64,000 nucleotides of DNA, from assembly GCA_022969815.1 (NCBI GenBank), contig GCA_022969815.1_4535.1. One strand, 5' to 3'. The translations under genes and the position numbers were made by a program. The notes under the pieces were generated by a model. That model worked only from the letters and a program-made list of their open reading frames with translations. It did not search any database and had not been told where the DNA came from. Positions 27,945 through 37,363 of the stretch are shown here, in pieces; position 1 is the stretch's first letter; every line of letters begins with the position of its first letter. Origin of the DNA: Escherichia coli. Lineage in GTDB: Bacteria; Pseudomonadota; Gammaproteobacteria; Enterobacterales; Enterobacteriaceae.

Positions 27945-28426
27945 AAATAAAAATTACTAAAGCAGAGGTAGATAATCCACAATTCTTTTCTTTGAATAAA
28001 AGCTACGATATTAAAAACGGAGACGAGTTTGATGTTGTAGATATTGTAACAGAGGCTGATGGTGTAGACATTGGATATATGATTGTTCCGCCTTGTGGTG
28101 GTAGTCCTATTATCGTATTGCGTGACGAAGCTGTAGAGGTATGTTCCGATGAACCTCCATATGACAGCCCATACATGACAGAGTGGGTTGTTGCTGTGGA
28201 TGTTGGAGGTATGGTTTCTGTACTGAAAGCTCCTAATCTCCACCCTGGCTTCACAGAGAACGGTAAGACAGCTTTGGATTACGGGTTGCCGGAAGATGTT
28301 GACAATACACCGCCAGGTATGTATCGTTGGATCTGCTCTTTCCACGAAGAGAAGGATTGGGAATCAGGTCTTGTGGATGATTGGCATTTCGAAGTGGAGA
28401 GTTCCTTTTTAATCATGCCAGCTTAG
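27941..28426 (+). CDS. hypothetical protein
   Basis: GAGGT RBS; 161 aa. Confidence 0.5.
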   Translation: MKIKITKAEVDNPQFFSLNKSYDIKNGDEFDVVDIVTEADGVDIGYMIVPPCGGSPIIVLRDEAVEVCSDEPPYDSPYMTEWVVAVDVGGMVSVLKAPNLHPGFTENGKTALDYGLPEDVDNTPPGMYRWICSFHEEKDWESGLVDDWHFEVESSFLIMPA

Positions 28427-28436
28427 AGGAGGTTAT

Positions 28437-28793
28437 ATGGGTGCTATTATTTGGCTTGACGATTTACGTGATCCGAAAGATTACGGTTGTCCAGATGCAA
28501 TCTGGTTTAAAACATCACAGGAACTTCTTGCCTCTCGTTACATGAATGAGGTGCAGAAGGGTTATCGTTCTGTAGACGAGTGGCATTTTGACAATGATTT
28601 AGGAGAAGACTCTGATCAAGAGGGGTACGATGTTTTCTTGCGCTTGGAAGAACTTCTGTTTTTCGGTAAGCCTTGTTTTGGCAATCCTCTTATTTTTGTA
28701 CATACTTCTAACCCAGCAGCGGCAGAGAAGTTTATGCTTGCAGAGGAATCTATGTTGAGGTATGGTATTGAAATGATTCGTGTGAACTATTAA
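28437..28793 (+). CDS. hypothetical protein
   Basis: GAGGAGG RBS; 118 aa. Confidence 0.5.
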   Translation: MGAIIWLDDLRDPKDYGCPDAIWFKTSQELLASRYMNEVQKGYRSVDEWHFDNDLGEDSDQEGYDVFLRLEELLFFGKPCFGNPLIFVHTSNPAAAEKFMLAEESMLRYGIEMIRVNY

Positions 28794-28802
28794 GGAGGTG
28801 TT

Positions 28803-28937
28803 ATGCTTTATGTTATTTGGGTAGATGAAGGGGATGGGTTTTATGTATACAAACACACTAACCACTGGCCCGATGTAGAAAAAGCACTTGCAACTTTTGA
28901 AGATTGCTTTTACGATATACATACAGACGAAGAGTAA
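28803..28937 (+). CDS. hypothetical small protein (44 aa)
   Basis: AGGAGG RBS 5 nt upstream; fills gap between flanking genes; below the ORF-track size cutoff. Confidence 0.35.
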   Translation: MLYVIWVDEGDGFYVYKHTNHWPDVEKALATFEDCFYDIHTDEE

Positions 28938-28948
28938 GGAGAAACCTA

Positions 28949-29305
28949 ATGAGCAGTCTTGATCATAACATTTGTCACCAACCTCTCACCTGGATTGGTG
29001 AGGGTCATTATGCGCAACGTGTTATCGTCTGTGCTGCGAATAAGTATATTCTGAATAATGGTGAAGAGTTAATTATCCCTTGCGTTCGACATGCAAATCC
29101 TGTACTATATGCACAGTTAAGCGTGTTGAAAGAAGCAGGTGCGATCAGCAAAACTTTGTGCACGCCAGATAATCAAGGCTTTATCGATCAGTATTACAAT
29201 TGGTGGAGTCGTGAGGATGCTTACATCATCGCGGAAAATGCTGACCAGATTGACCATGAGCGTAATGGTCACGACCATGAACTATTTAGCGAGGGATTAT
29301 ACTAA
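28949..29305 (+). CDS. hypothetical protein
   Basis: GGAGAAA RBS before ATG at 28949 (MSSLDHN...). Confidence 0.45.
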   Translation: MSSLDHNICHQPLTWIGEGHYAQRVIVCAANKYILNNGEELIIPCVRHANPVLYAQLSVLKEAGAISKTLCTPDNQGFIDQYYNWWSREDAYIIAENADQIDHERNGHDHELFSEGLY

Positions 29306-29850
29306 TGTTTATTACAAGCGATTTGCATTTTATGCACAAACGTATTCGAGAGTTTGCTCCTGAATATCGTCCGTGGGAAGATATGGACCACATGACAGAA
29401 GCTCTGATTGAAGCATGGAACAAATGTGCTACTACTCCTGGTGTTAAGATGTGGCATTTGGGCGACTTCTGTTTCGGGACTGAAGAAGATACCCGTAAGA
29501 TTGCTTCCCGTCTCCAAGGAGATATCACTTATCTTGTTGGGAACCATGATTACAGCAAGCACCGAGAAGTGCTTGCAGAGTATGGCGAAGTGGTGTATTA
29601 TGACGAAGTGAAATACCAGAAGCTGTTCTTCGTCTTAAGTCATTACCCTATTGCCTCCTGGAACAAACAGGGTCGCGGTAGCATAATGCTCCACGGACAT
29701 TCTCACGGATCTTTCCCTGATGAAGCCTACGGTAAGATGCTTGACGTTGGTTGGGATGCACATGGCAAGATCCTGCACTTTGATGAAGTTATTGAAATGA
29801 TGGAAAAACGAGAAGTCATCACTGTAGACCATCATAAAATTATCCGATAG
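29305..29850 (+). CDS. metallophosphoesterase (calcineurin-like phosphoesterase)
   Basis: Motifs SDLHFMH, GDFCFG, GNHD, HGHSH in canonical order. Confidence 0.75.
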   Translation: MFITSDLHFMHKRIREFAPEYRPWEDMDHMTEALIEAWNKCATTPGVKMWHLGDFCFGTEEDTRKIASRLQGDITYLVGNHDYSKHREVLAEYGEVVYYDEVKYQKLFFVLSHYPIASWNKQGRGSIMLHGHSHGSFPDEAYGKMLDVGWDAHGKILHFDEVIEMMEKREVITVDHHKIIR

Positions 29851-29858
29851 GAGGAACA

Positions 29859-30185
29859 ATGCAAATTTATACAGATGATCGTAAGTACGAAACGATTCTT
29901 GACGAAGATACTGGACGAATCACAATCTTGCGCCACGGGGAAGAGTGGCGAGATGAAACTGGGGATAATTATATCTTATCTCTGATTCATCTTGTTGAAC
30001 AGATGCGTGACGACTACACCGAACTTCATTACGAAAATGAATTGAATAAGGTGAAGTTTGAAAACGAGATTGAAGAGAAAAACTTTGAAATCCTACAGCT
30101 TAAAGAAGAAAATCTTCGTCTTGAAGAAGAGATTGATGCTCTCCAGGAAGAGATTTACGAACTCAACAACGAACTGAATGCTTAA
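29859..30185 (+). CDS. hypothetical coiled-coil protein
   Basis: AGGAGG RBS; C-terminal heptad-like EE/LQ-rich segment. Confidence 0.5.
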   Translation: MQIYTDDRKYETILDEDTGRITILRHGEEWRDETGDNYILSLIHLVEQMRDDYTELHYENELNKVKFENEIEEKNFEILQLKEENLRLEEEIDALQEEIYELNNELNA

Positions 30186-30194
30186 GGAGGAAAA

Positions 30195-30347
30195 ATGGCA
30201 ACAATCTATATTTTGTTTGCTCTTTGGAGTCATGGTAGTAATGATTATACACAAGAATTCGGATCGCAAGGGGCTTGTGAGATGGCTTTAGCAGAAGGCA
30301 TCCGTAAGAATGTATTTGATCGTGGATTCTGCACACCTAAAGGTTAA
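30195..30347 (+). CDS. hypothetical small protein (50 aa)
   Basis: AAGGAGG RBS; below ORF-track cutoff. Confidence 0.35.
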   Translation: MATIYILFALWSHGSNDYTQEFGSQGACEMALAEGIRKNVFDRGFCTPKG

Positions 30348-30356
30348 GGAGAAAAC

Positions 30357-30548
30357 ATGAAGAAAGATATCGTTGTTGTTGGTTGGCTGACTTGCCCTTG
30401 TGGTAGTAATGACATAACTGTAAACACAGAGGGTGATAAAAATTATTTATTCTACGGTGATAAAATCACTTGCAATACCTGTGGACGTGTTGGTATTATA
30501 GAAACCGATGATTGTTGTGCTTTTGAATCTTGGGATGAAGAGGAATGA
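30357..30548 (+). CDS. hypothetical zinc-ribbon protein
   Basis: AAGGAG RBS; CPCG...CNTCG cysteine pairs. Confidence 0.5.
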   Translation: MKKDIVVVGWLTCPCGSNDITVNTEGDKNYLFYGDKITCNTCGRVGIIETDDCCAFESWDEEE

Positions 30549-30772
30549 GTACTGCATTTTATGTACGTAACGAGGATGAAGATTTCCTTGCTTCTTTCGA
30601 CGACGATTGCGATCTTGAAGAAATGTATGAAGACATGTTGGATTATGCCAAAGGTCAACGCTTTACGAGTGTTGATCATATGTTGGCAACTTCAACCATA
30701 ATCTTGGATCAAGATTTAGATGAGATCTGCAATCGATTAAAAATTGCATTATTTACTTGGGACGAAACATAA
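30545..30772 (+). CDS. hypothetical acidic protein
   Basis: overlapping stop/start; GAAGAGGA RBS. Confidence 0.45.
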   Translation: MSTAFYVRNEDEDFLASFDDDCDLEEMYEDMLDYAKGQRFTSVDHMLATSTIILDQDLDEICNRLKIALFTWDET

Positions 30773-30996
30773 TGGCAACAACATTCTATTTTGAAGGTAG
30801 TGAGAAAAAGACTTCCATTACCTTTCAAAGAAACACACCAGCAGAAGATTTCTTATGGATGATAATCGATCATCTGAGAAGCGAAGGTATTCACCATATA
30901 GACGAGTATTTCGCAGAGTCTACAGACTGGCAAAACGTTGTTATGGAAGATGTTATTTTCGAACTACACCATATTATTACGGAGGAAGGAATTTGA
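30772..30996 (+). CDS. hypothetical protein
   Basis: ATG at 30772 (MATTFYFEG...) preferred within ORF 30757..30996. Confidence 0.45.
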   Translation: MATTFYFEGSEKKTSITFQRNTPAEDFLWMIIDHLRSEGIHHIDEYFAESTDWQNVVMEDVIFELHHIITEEGI

Positions 30997-32108
30997 AACA
31001 GACGAATCAAACACTTTACGGTAAAGACTCAAATGGCAAACTGAAGCAATGGACTGTTTTCACAGACGGTGCAACAGTTACTGTAGCTCACGGTAAAGTT
31101 GGTGGAAAGATTACACAAAAATCATACGAAGCGGAAGCTAAAAATACTGGACGTGCAAATGCAACCACTCCAGAAGAACAAGCAGAAGCTGAAGCTTTTG
31201 CCAAGTGGACAAAACAACTGAAAAATGGTTATTATAAAACTATGGAAGAGGCGGAGAACCACGTCCCATCCACACCTATGAAATGCCAGGACTATAAAGA
31301 TTTTGCGCATAAGGTGGTCTTCCCTGGATATGCACAATACAAACTGAATGGCTTACGTTCAATGATCAACATGAAGGGCGAATGTTTGTCTAAAGCTGGA
31401 GAAGTTTACAAACTCCCTCCGCACTGGCAAGGTATTCCAAACTTCATCAGCGAAGTTGTTGGTCATCCTCTGGATGGGGAAGTGTTCGCTGGTCTTGGTG
31501 TTCTTAGTTTGCAACAGATTAATAGTGCATGGAAAAAGCACAATGAGAACACGCCGCTCCTGAACTATTATGTTTATGATGTTCCTGTGGCAGATATGCC
31601 ATTTGAGAAGCGTGTTGAAGTATTGGCGGCTCTTAAGGCTGTAGCTGAAGAGAGTGGTCTGGATGAACTGATCTGTGTAGTACATACAGAGTATATTGAA
31701 AATCAAGAACAGTTGGATGCATTTTATGCTAAAGCTTTGCTTGAAAAAGCTGAAGGTATTGTGTATCGTAATGCTCATGGTGTCTATGAGTTTGATAAAC
31801 GTTCCTATGACGTGATCAAACGAAAACCGCGCCAGACTTTGGAAGTTAAAGTTATTTCTATGCGTTCTGATAAAAATAACGATGGGGTGTTGACAGGTGA
31901 GATGGAGAATGGTAAACTTGTTGAGTTCTTGATGCGAAAAGATGCTCACGAAACTATCAACTACCGTAAAGCAGAAAATGCCGAAACTTTGATTGATCAG
32001 TTTGTTGAGATTGAGTATGAAGAATTTTCTGACGAAGGTATCCCAACTAAACCAGTCGGTGTACGTCTTCGTAAAATGATCCCAGGGACTTGGGAGCCAG
32101 CAGAATAA
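30993..32108 (+). CDS. WGR-domain protein with ligase-like nucleotidyltransferase core (putative ATP-dependent DNA/RNA ligase)
   Basis: TTG start at 30993 with GGAGGAAGG RBS; N-terminal W...HGKVGGK...KNGYY (WGR-like); KLNGLR resembles ligase motif I KxDGxR (D to N); HPLDGEVF resembles motif IV. Confidence 0.45.
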   Translation: MKQTNQTLYGKDSNGKLKQWTVFTDGATVTVAHGKVGGKITQKSYEAEAKNTGRANATTPEEQAEAEAFAKWTKQLKNGYYKTMEEAENHVPSTPMKCQDYKDFAHKVVFPGYAQYKLNGLRSMINMKGECLSKAGEVYKLPPHWQGIPNFISEVVGHPLDGEVFAGLGVLSLQQINSAWKKHNENTPLLNYYVYDVPVADMPFEKRVEVLAALKAVAEESGLDELICVVHTEYIENQEQLDAFYAKALLEKAEGIVYRNAHGVYEFDKRSYDVIKRKPRQTLEVKVISMRSDKNNDGVLTGEMENGKLVEFLMRKDAHETINYRKAENAETLIDQFVEIEYEEFSDEGIPTKPVGVRLRKMIPGTWEPAE

Positions 32109-32118
32109 AGGAGGTTGT

Positions 32119-32307
32119 ATGTTGATTTTAACAGTGTATATCTTGTTGTCAGTATTGGCTGTATGCTGTATGTTTCTTAGCTGTTGCAAAGATAAGACAC
32201 TTTTAGTCTCTGTAGCAAAAACTATAGATGCGATAATGGCGGGTGTTGGGTACGCAGCAGTGATCTACATTTTCTGTTTTTACTTTGTGGCTGAATGGGT
32301 TAATTAA
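32119..32307 (+). CDS. small membrane protein
   Basis: AAGGAGG RBS; two hydrophobic helices. Confidence 0.5.
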   Translation: MLILTVYILLSVLAVCCMFLSCCKDKTLLVSVAKTIDAIMAGVGYAAVIYIFCFYFVAEWVN

Positions 32308-32316
32308 GGGGGATTT

Positions 32317-32505
32317 ATGGGTGTTGAAGTTTTTCTGATTCTTTTGTTGCTTTCTATTGTGGCTTGTGGTATTATTATGGCTTCTACATTCCCATTAAAC
32401 ACTTGGTGGCGAAAATTAAGTCTGATGCTTATATACTGTGCAGCAGGTGCACAAATGGGTTCGGTTGTTGTCTACTTGACTGAACTCGCAAAAAACTATT
32501 TTTAA
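32317..32505 (+). CDS. small membrane protein
   Basis: AGGGGGA RBS; two hydrophobic helices. Confidence 0.5.
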   Translation: MGVEVFLILLLLSIVACGIIMASTFPLNTWWRKLSLMLIYCAAGAQMGSVVVYLTELAKNYF

Positions 32506-32518
32506 TAAGGAGAACAAG

Positions 32519-33247
32519 ATGATCGAGAACTTTTTTAAAGAGATTAAGGTAGATGTGGACTTCTATAAGAAAGCAGCTAAACATGTAATCGATTGGAATG
32601 CAAAAGCGCGTGGCGGAGAACAGCCGGAATTTGACCAGGCAATGTTTGTTTCCCAAATCGGGTTTGTTCGTGAAGAACTGAAAGAGTATGAAGAAGCCGC
32701 TAAAACTAATGATCACGTTGAACTCCTGGATGCAGCCGCCGATGTATTCGTTGTTTCCAGTTACCTGGTGTACATGTTCTTTGGTGAAGAAGCAACTCTG
32801 AAGTTCCTTGAGAATCAGGTTGGTACTGTCTTCACAGAAACAATCTACACCGATTTCGACAACATGGAAGCTACCTTTACTGATCCTGTTCAGATGGCAG
32901 TATTGAGTGCTGGTATTATGAACCTTGCGCGTGATACGCTGGTGCGTTCTGTCTATGCAGACAAAAAGATTATGAAAGAAGTTCTTGACAGTAATGATTC
33001 TAAGTACCCTACTAAGAAGCAACTGCTGGCTGTATGGAATACTTCCGATATTGATCTTGCAATTTCACAAGAATGCGCAGCGATTGAAGAGCGTAATGCC
33101 AATCGTCCTGAAGGTGCTTACACTGGCGTACATGCCACGTACAATGAAAAACAGAAAGTTTATGTGTTCTTTGATGATAAAGGTAAGATCATGAAACCTT
33201 CTACCTTTGTTAAACCTGATATTGCAAAAATCATTGCTAAGAAATAA
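32519..33247 (+). CDS. MazG-like nucleotide pyrophosphohydrolase, putative
   Basis: EELKEYEEAAKTNDHVELLDAAADV fits the E-x-x-E...E-x-x-D metal-binding pattern; weak. Confidence 0.3.
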   Translation: MIENFFKEIKVDVDFYKKAAKHVIDWNAKARGGEQPEFDQAMFVSQIGFVREELKEYEEAAKTNDHVELLDAAADVFVVSSYLVYMFFGEEATLKFLENQVGTVFTETIYTDFDNMEATFTDPVQMAVLSAGIMNLARDTLVRSVYADKKIMKEVLDSNDSKYPTKKQLLAVWNTSDIDLAISQECAAIEERNANRPEGAYTGVHATYNEKQKVYVFFDDKGKIMKPSTFVKPDIAKIIAKK

Positions 33248-33252
33248 TCTGT

Positions 33253-33278
33253 AAGCCGCCCTTCGGGGCGGTTATTGT
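33253..33278 (+). terminator. putative rho-independent terminator
   Basis: GCCGCCCTTCGGGGCGGT hairpin with weak T tract. Confidence 0.35.
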
Positions 33279-33304
33279 GAGAGTTAAATAATAGGAGGAA
33301 ATAT

Positions 33305-34183
33305 ATGTTCGTTAAATCTTTTAAATCTGCACTTCCGATGGTTGCTGGTGATAATGCTTCTGTAGCGTCTCTGAACGAGTTCAACGAATTTCCGATTGAC
33401 TTTGTACCTGCCGAAGGATCTCAAGCCCATACTATTGGTCTGGTTCGTTTTGAAGATGATGGGAAATACGTAAAAGAGTTCTCCGATCTGGAACTCCTCC
33501 AGGTTGGTCAATCTGTTAAGAAAGTTGACAAGAAGAAAGTTAAACGTCTTCTTAATGAACGCTTGGAAGAAATTCGAGTAGATATGGAAAGCCAAGGTCA
33601 AGAATTCTTTGTCGCTAAAGAAGACATGAAAGTCCTGAAAGCTGATATTGAATTTGGTCTGCTCCCAGAAACCGAACCGGAAGATTTCTTCAATTATGTG
33701 GTTCTGGATAAAACAACCAACCTGTTCTATGTGATCAATGGTAGTAAGAAAGTAGCGGAAGCTATTACTTGCTTCTTCCGTAATGTTTTGGGGACTTTCC
33801 CCTCTGTAGGTTTTAGTGTGCACGAAGAAGCAATTGTCAAAGGTTTTGGTACATTGCTGAAAGAACACGAAGCTGATCGCCTTACTCTTGGCAATTACAT
33901 TAAACTGGAAGATAGTGAAGGTGTTGTTGTCTGGACGAAAGAATCTCTTTACGATTCCAAAGCAATCGAACTTAAAGAAGATGGTAAAGATGTTGTCGCT
34001 ATTGGCTTGGAGTACGATGGTGTGCTGGAGTTTGTCGTAGATAAAGAGTTGAAGTTGAGCAAGCTTCGTTTCCCTAAATACTTCAACGATGACGAAGGCT
34101 CTATTGAAGCATCTACTCTACTTTGCTTCAACGAGATTCGTGGTTTGATGGCAGATCTGACGAAAGCAACTATTCTTAAATAA
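33305..34183 (+). CDS. hypothetical protein
   Basis: AGGAGG RBS; 292 aa acidic protein. Confidence 0.5.
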   Translation: MFVKSFKSALPMVAGDNASVASLNEFNEFPIDFVPAEGSQAHTIGLVRFEDDGKYVKEFSDLELLQVGQSVKKVDKKKVKRLLNERLEEIRVDMESQGQEFFVAKEDMKVLKADIEFGLLPETEPEDFFNYVVLDKTTNLFYVINGSKKVAEAITCFFRNVLGTFPSVGFSVHEEAIVKGFGTLLKEHEADRLTLGNYIKLEDSEGVVVWTKESLYDSKAIELKEDGKDVVAIGLEYDGVLEFVVDKELKLSKLRFPKYFNDDEGSIEASTLLCFNEIRGLMADLTKATILK

Positions 34184-34187
34184 GTGC

Positions 34188-34216
34188 TTGACTTGCAGAC
34201 TTCATTGTGATACTAT
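34188..34216 (+). promoter_or_regulatory. sigma70-like promoter
   Basis: TTGACT - 17 nt - TACTAT, followed by a GCCTACC...GGTAGGC hairpin in the leader. Confidence 0.5.
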
Positions 34217-34254
34217 GCCTACCTACTCAACGAGGTAGGCTTTTAGGAGGTGTT

Positions 34255-34464
34255 ATGAAAAAGACAATTGTGGCGTTACTGTTGGCAACAAGTTTCTCGG
34301 CAGCGGCTGGACAAACTACTCTCATTCTTTCGGATGAGGAAGTTAGCGGCAATACTAAATATTGTTTCTATTCCAACTCCATCTACGACAAAGTTATCCA
34401 GATCTCTGCGAGTCGGCAATGTCCTTACACAAAAACATTCAGTACGGATGATGACGATGAATAA
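34255..34464 (+). CDS. small secreted protein with signal peptide
   Basis: AGGAGG RBS; MKKTIVALLLATSFSAAAGQ signal-peptide-like N-terminus; ATG at 34255 preferred within ORF 34207..34464. Confidence 0.5.
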   Translation: MKKTIVALLLATSFSAAAGQTTLILSDEEVSGNTKYCFYSNSIYDKVIQISASRQCPYTKTFSTDDDDE

Positions 34465-34508
34465 TAGGGGGAATTATCAGCGGGTATATTTTAATAAAAC
34501 CAGAAGAT

Positions 34509-35600
34509 TTGCACAAGTATGTTGACCTAAACACTGTTGTGGTTATCGATTATGACCAAGTGGCTTTCCAAGCAGCTTCTGCTGTAGAGAAGCGTCGTAT
34601 CTTGGCTAAACATGCAGCCTCCGGTTCCGAAAAAGAATTTGACAATAAGACAGAGTTTTGGGGTAAGAGTAAAACTGAAATTGGTGGTTGGCTTGGAGCA
34701 TTGAATGCTAAACGAGAAGAGCAGGGTAAACGTCCTTTCACCAAAGAAGAGTTTGAAATTGTCGATGTGCAGTACGTACCAGACACTTTGTCACATGCTT
34801 TTCAAGCAGCTAAAACAAAAGTTCAAGCGATCTTAAAGCATTTAAGTTTAGAAAAATATTGCGGAGTTATCGGTGTAGGGAAAACCTTCCGACATGATTT
34901 TAAGATGCCTACCGAATATAAATCTGAACGATCTGACATTAAGCCTTTACAACTATCCGATACCAAAGACTACTTGGTAGAGCAACACAATGGGGATGTT
35001 GTTACGGTTATCGAAGCCGATGATGAATTAGAGAAGTACGGTTTCCAAGGCTACAAAGATTACAAACGCACAGGAAAATTCTCTTACATCCTGGCGTCAA
35101 TAGATAAAGACAGCCTATCCACTCCAAGCATCCTCTTTAACTTCTACAAAGAAGACGGTGTATTCAAGAATCCAGATATCATCTTGATAGACGAGTCCAT
35201 CGGAGACTTGTGGATTGTTGAAAAGGGCAAGAAAAAAGAGGTGAAGGGTTGGGGATCTTTCTGGTTGGCCTATCAGATGCTGATGGGAGATAAAACGGAT
35301 AGCATCCGTCCTTACCAGGATTTTGGTATTAAGTTTGGAGACGTTTCTTGCTTCAACTTGATATCTGAATGCAAGACCCAAGCTGAACTTTTCCAGAAAG
35401 TGAAAGATACATTTTATACCTGGTTCCCTGAAGGTGTTAAATTTACATCTTGGGATGGGGAAGCAGTAGAATTAACAACCGATCAATGGATCGAGACAAT
35501 ATTCCAACTTGTTTACATGAAGCGTTGGGATAACGATAACACAACTTTTGAGAGTATGCTTCAAGCGTACATTTCACAACAGGAGACAATTAATGAGTAA
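34509..35600 (+). CDS. 5'-3' exonuclease / flap endonuclease (T5 D15-like family)
   Basis: TTG start; motifs VVVIDYDQVAFQA, VIEADDELEKYG, ILASIDKD, GDKTDSIRPYQDFGIKFG match FEN-family blocks. Confidence 0.55.
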   Translation: MHKYVDLNTVVVIDYDQVAFQAASAVEKRRILAKHAASGSEKEFDNKTEFWGKSKTEIGGWLGALNAKREEQGKRPFTKEEFEIVDVQYVPDTLSHAFQAAKTKVQAILKHLSLEKYCGVIGVGKTFRHDFKMPTEYKSERSDIKPLQLSDTKDYLVEQHNGDVVTVIEADDELEKYGFQGYKDYKRTGKFSYILASIDKDSLSTPSILFNFYKEDGVFKNPDIILIDESIGDLWIVEKGKKKEVKGWGSFWLAYQMLMGDKTDSIRPYQDFGIKFGDVSCFNLISECKTQAELFQKVKDTFYTWFPEGVKFTSWDGEAVELTTDQWIETIFQLVYMKRWDNDNTTFESMLQAYISQQETINE

Positions 35601-36558
35601 ATTAACAACAGAGCAGAAAGTAGAAATCATTAGCCTTAAAACACAAGGTCTTTCTTCTCGCCAGATCGCTGCATTAGTTCTCGGTAGCGCGACAAAGAAA
35701 AGTACAGTGAACGATTTCTTGGTTCGTGAAAACTCTGCCAACGCTGGAACTCCTAAAGTTAAACCAGAAGGTCCAGTAGTTAAAATTATTGACGTTGAAA
35801 CAGCGCCAGAAATTGCGTATACTTTCCGTCGATTCAAAGCTTTTATCTCTCCTGATCAGGTGATTCGCCGTGGTTACTTGTTGTCCTACTCTTCCGCAGA
35901 TCTGCGTACTGCTGAAGTTGAAGGTAAGAACTTGGCAAGCTACCCTCTGTTCGATATTGATCACACAGACGATTGGGAACTGTGCCAAGACATTTGGAAG
36001 CTTTTGGATGAAGCTGATATCGTTGTAGCTCACAACGGTGTTAAATTTGACCGTGCTTATATTAACCAGCGTTTCGCATACCACGGAATGGTTCCTCCGT
36101 CGAACTATGTTGTGGTCGATACTCTGAAAGCGGCTAAGAAACAATTCTTCTTACCGTCTAATTCTCTGAAAGAGATGGGTGCTTACTTTGAAACAGAGAG
36201 CGAAAAACTTGATAACGAAGGGTTCCCGTTGTGGAAGGCTTGTTGTGAAGGTGATCGTGATGCGTTTGAACGTATGCAAACTTACAACGATGGTGATGTA
36301 GTTTCTCTGCGAGATCTGTACATTAAGATTCTGGCGTGGATTCCGCAACATCCTAACGTATCTGCTTACTACGAAGATACTAAAGTTCGTTGCTCTCGTT
36401 GTGGCAGTGCACATGTGAATGTACTGGCAGATAAGAAGTACCACACAGCAGTAAGTTCTTTTGATATTATTCGTTGTGAAGATTGTGGTGGACTTTCTCG
36501 TGGACGTGTTAACAGCCGTTCCAAAGATAAGATGAAAAATACCATTGTCGGGATTTAA
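35593..36558 (+). CDS. DnaQ-like 3'-5' exonuclease with N-terminal helix-turn-helix
   Basis: AGGAG RBS; Exo motifs IIDVETAP (I), VAHNGVKFDRAYINQRF (II), YNDGDVVSLRDLY (III); C-terminal CxxC pairs. Confidence 0.5.
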   Translation: MSKLTTEQKVEIISLKTQGLSSRQIAALVLGSATKKSTVNDFLVRENSANAGTPKVKPEGPVVKIIDVETAPEIAYTFRRFKAFISPDQVIRRGYLLSYSSADLRTAEVEGKNLASYPLFDIDHTDDWELCQDIWKLLDEADIVVAHNGVKFDRAYINQRFAYHGMVPPSNYVVVDTLKAAKKQFFLPSNSLKEMGAYFETESEKLDNEGFPLWKACCEGDRDAFERMQTYNDGDVVSLRDLYIKILAWIPQHPNVSAYYEDTKVRCSRCGSAHVNVLADKKYHTAVSSFDIIRCEDCGGLSRGRVNSRSKDKMKNTIVGI

Positions 36559-36562
36559 TAAG

Positions 36563-36585
36563 AAAGGGGCTTCGGCCCCTTTTTT
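36563..36585 (+). terminator. rho-independent terminator
   Basis: AGGGGCTTCGGCCCCT hairpin followed by TTTTTT. Confidence 0.6.
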
Positions 36586-36595
36586 CATTTAAGTG

Positions 36596-36624
36596 TTGAC
36601 ACAGAGAACTAATTGCGATACAAT
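36596..36624 (+). promoter_or_regulatory. sigma70-like promoter
   Basis: TTGACA - 17 nt - TACAAT. Confidence 0.6.
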
Positions 36625-36667
36625 CTTTATCAACAAGGCATACCGCCTTAAACAAGAGGAGACTATC

Positions 36668-37126
36668 ATGAGTAAGAATATTATTGTTTTTCGTAACGCT
36701 GCTGATTTCCGTAATTATGCCGCAGAATCTGGTCGTAACAATGCAGCCCGTGCTTTGTATCGTCAGTTCTTACGTTTAAATAATCTGGACCGTAACGAGC
36801 TAATCCAGGATTCCTCTGGTTTGACAGTAGGGAAAGATAACCGTCAACAGGTACTTATCGGAGGTTGCCTGTACGGTGTGTCTGTGAACGATAAAGGTGA
36901 TTGCCGTCAGTACGACAGTGACTATGTTGGTCTGATTAATATCTCCCCGACTACGGGCAGAGTTCTACTGGCATTCACTAACGATTTGTCTTTACACAAG
37001 AAACCAAACTTGATCCGCACAAAAGGAAACAATGCATCTTATAACGCTGCTCTTAGCGAAGATGCTTCTGTAGAGCTTGAAAACTTTAAAATCTGGGATA
37101 ACACCACTCCAGAACAGAATTACTAA
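36668..37126 (+). CDS. hypothetical protein
   Basis: GAGGAG RBS before ATG at 36668 (MSKNIIVF...). Confidence 0.5.
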   Translation: MSKNIIVFRNAADFRNYAAESGRNNAARALYRQFLRLNNLDRNELIQDSSGLTVGKDNRQQVLIGGCLYGVSVNDKGDCRQYDSDYVGLINISPTTGRVLLAFTNDLSLHKKPNLIRTKGNNASYNAALSEDASVELENFKIWDNTTPEQNY

Positions 37127-37135
37127 GGGGGTTGA

Positions 37136-37363
37136 ATGAGCATTACATTAACGGGTAATGAAATTTTTGAATTATTTGAAATGTTAGGGATGAGTTATTC
37201 TATTGACAAAGACCCTGATCTTCTAAATGTGGAGATCACCGTTTTAGAGAATGGTGAACTTCTTGATGATAACGGTAATGTTATGTACCGTGGTCGCGTT
37301 GCTTATTACACAGACTACCCTGAAGAAGGTGGAGTCGGAATCCAGGAGGAAAATTATGTCTAA
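37136..37363 (+). CDS. hypothetical protein
   Basis: AGGGGG RBS. Confidence 0.5.
   Translation: MSITLTGNEIFELFEMLGMSYSIDKDPDLLNVEITVLENGELLDDNGNVMYRGRVAYYTDYPEEGGVGIQEENYV

Noticed and set aside
30855-30992. Upstream ATG start (30855) for the WGR-ligase-like ORF
   Set aside because: That extension overlaps the preceding gene out of frame for 140 nt and has no RBS; TTG at 30993 with a strong RBS is preferred.
31122-33868. Minus-strand ORFs 31122..31337, 31359..32189, 32429..33022 and 33284..33868
   Set aside because: Antisense to strongly supported plus-strand genes, Phe/Ile/Asn-rich as expected for reverse-complement reading of AT-rich coding DNA, and no RBSs.
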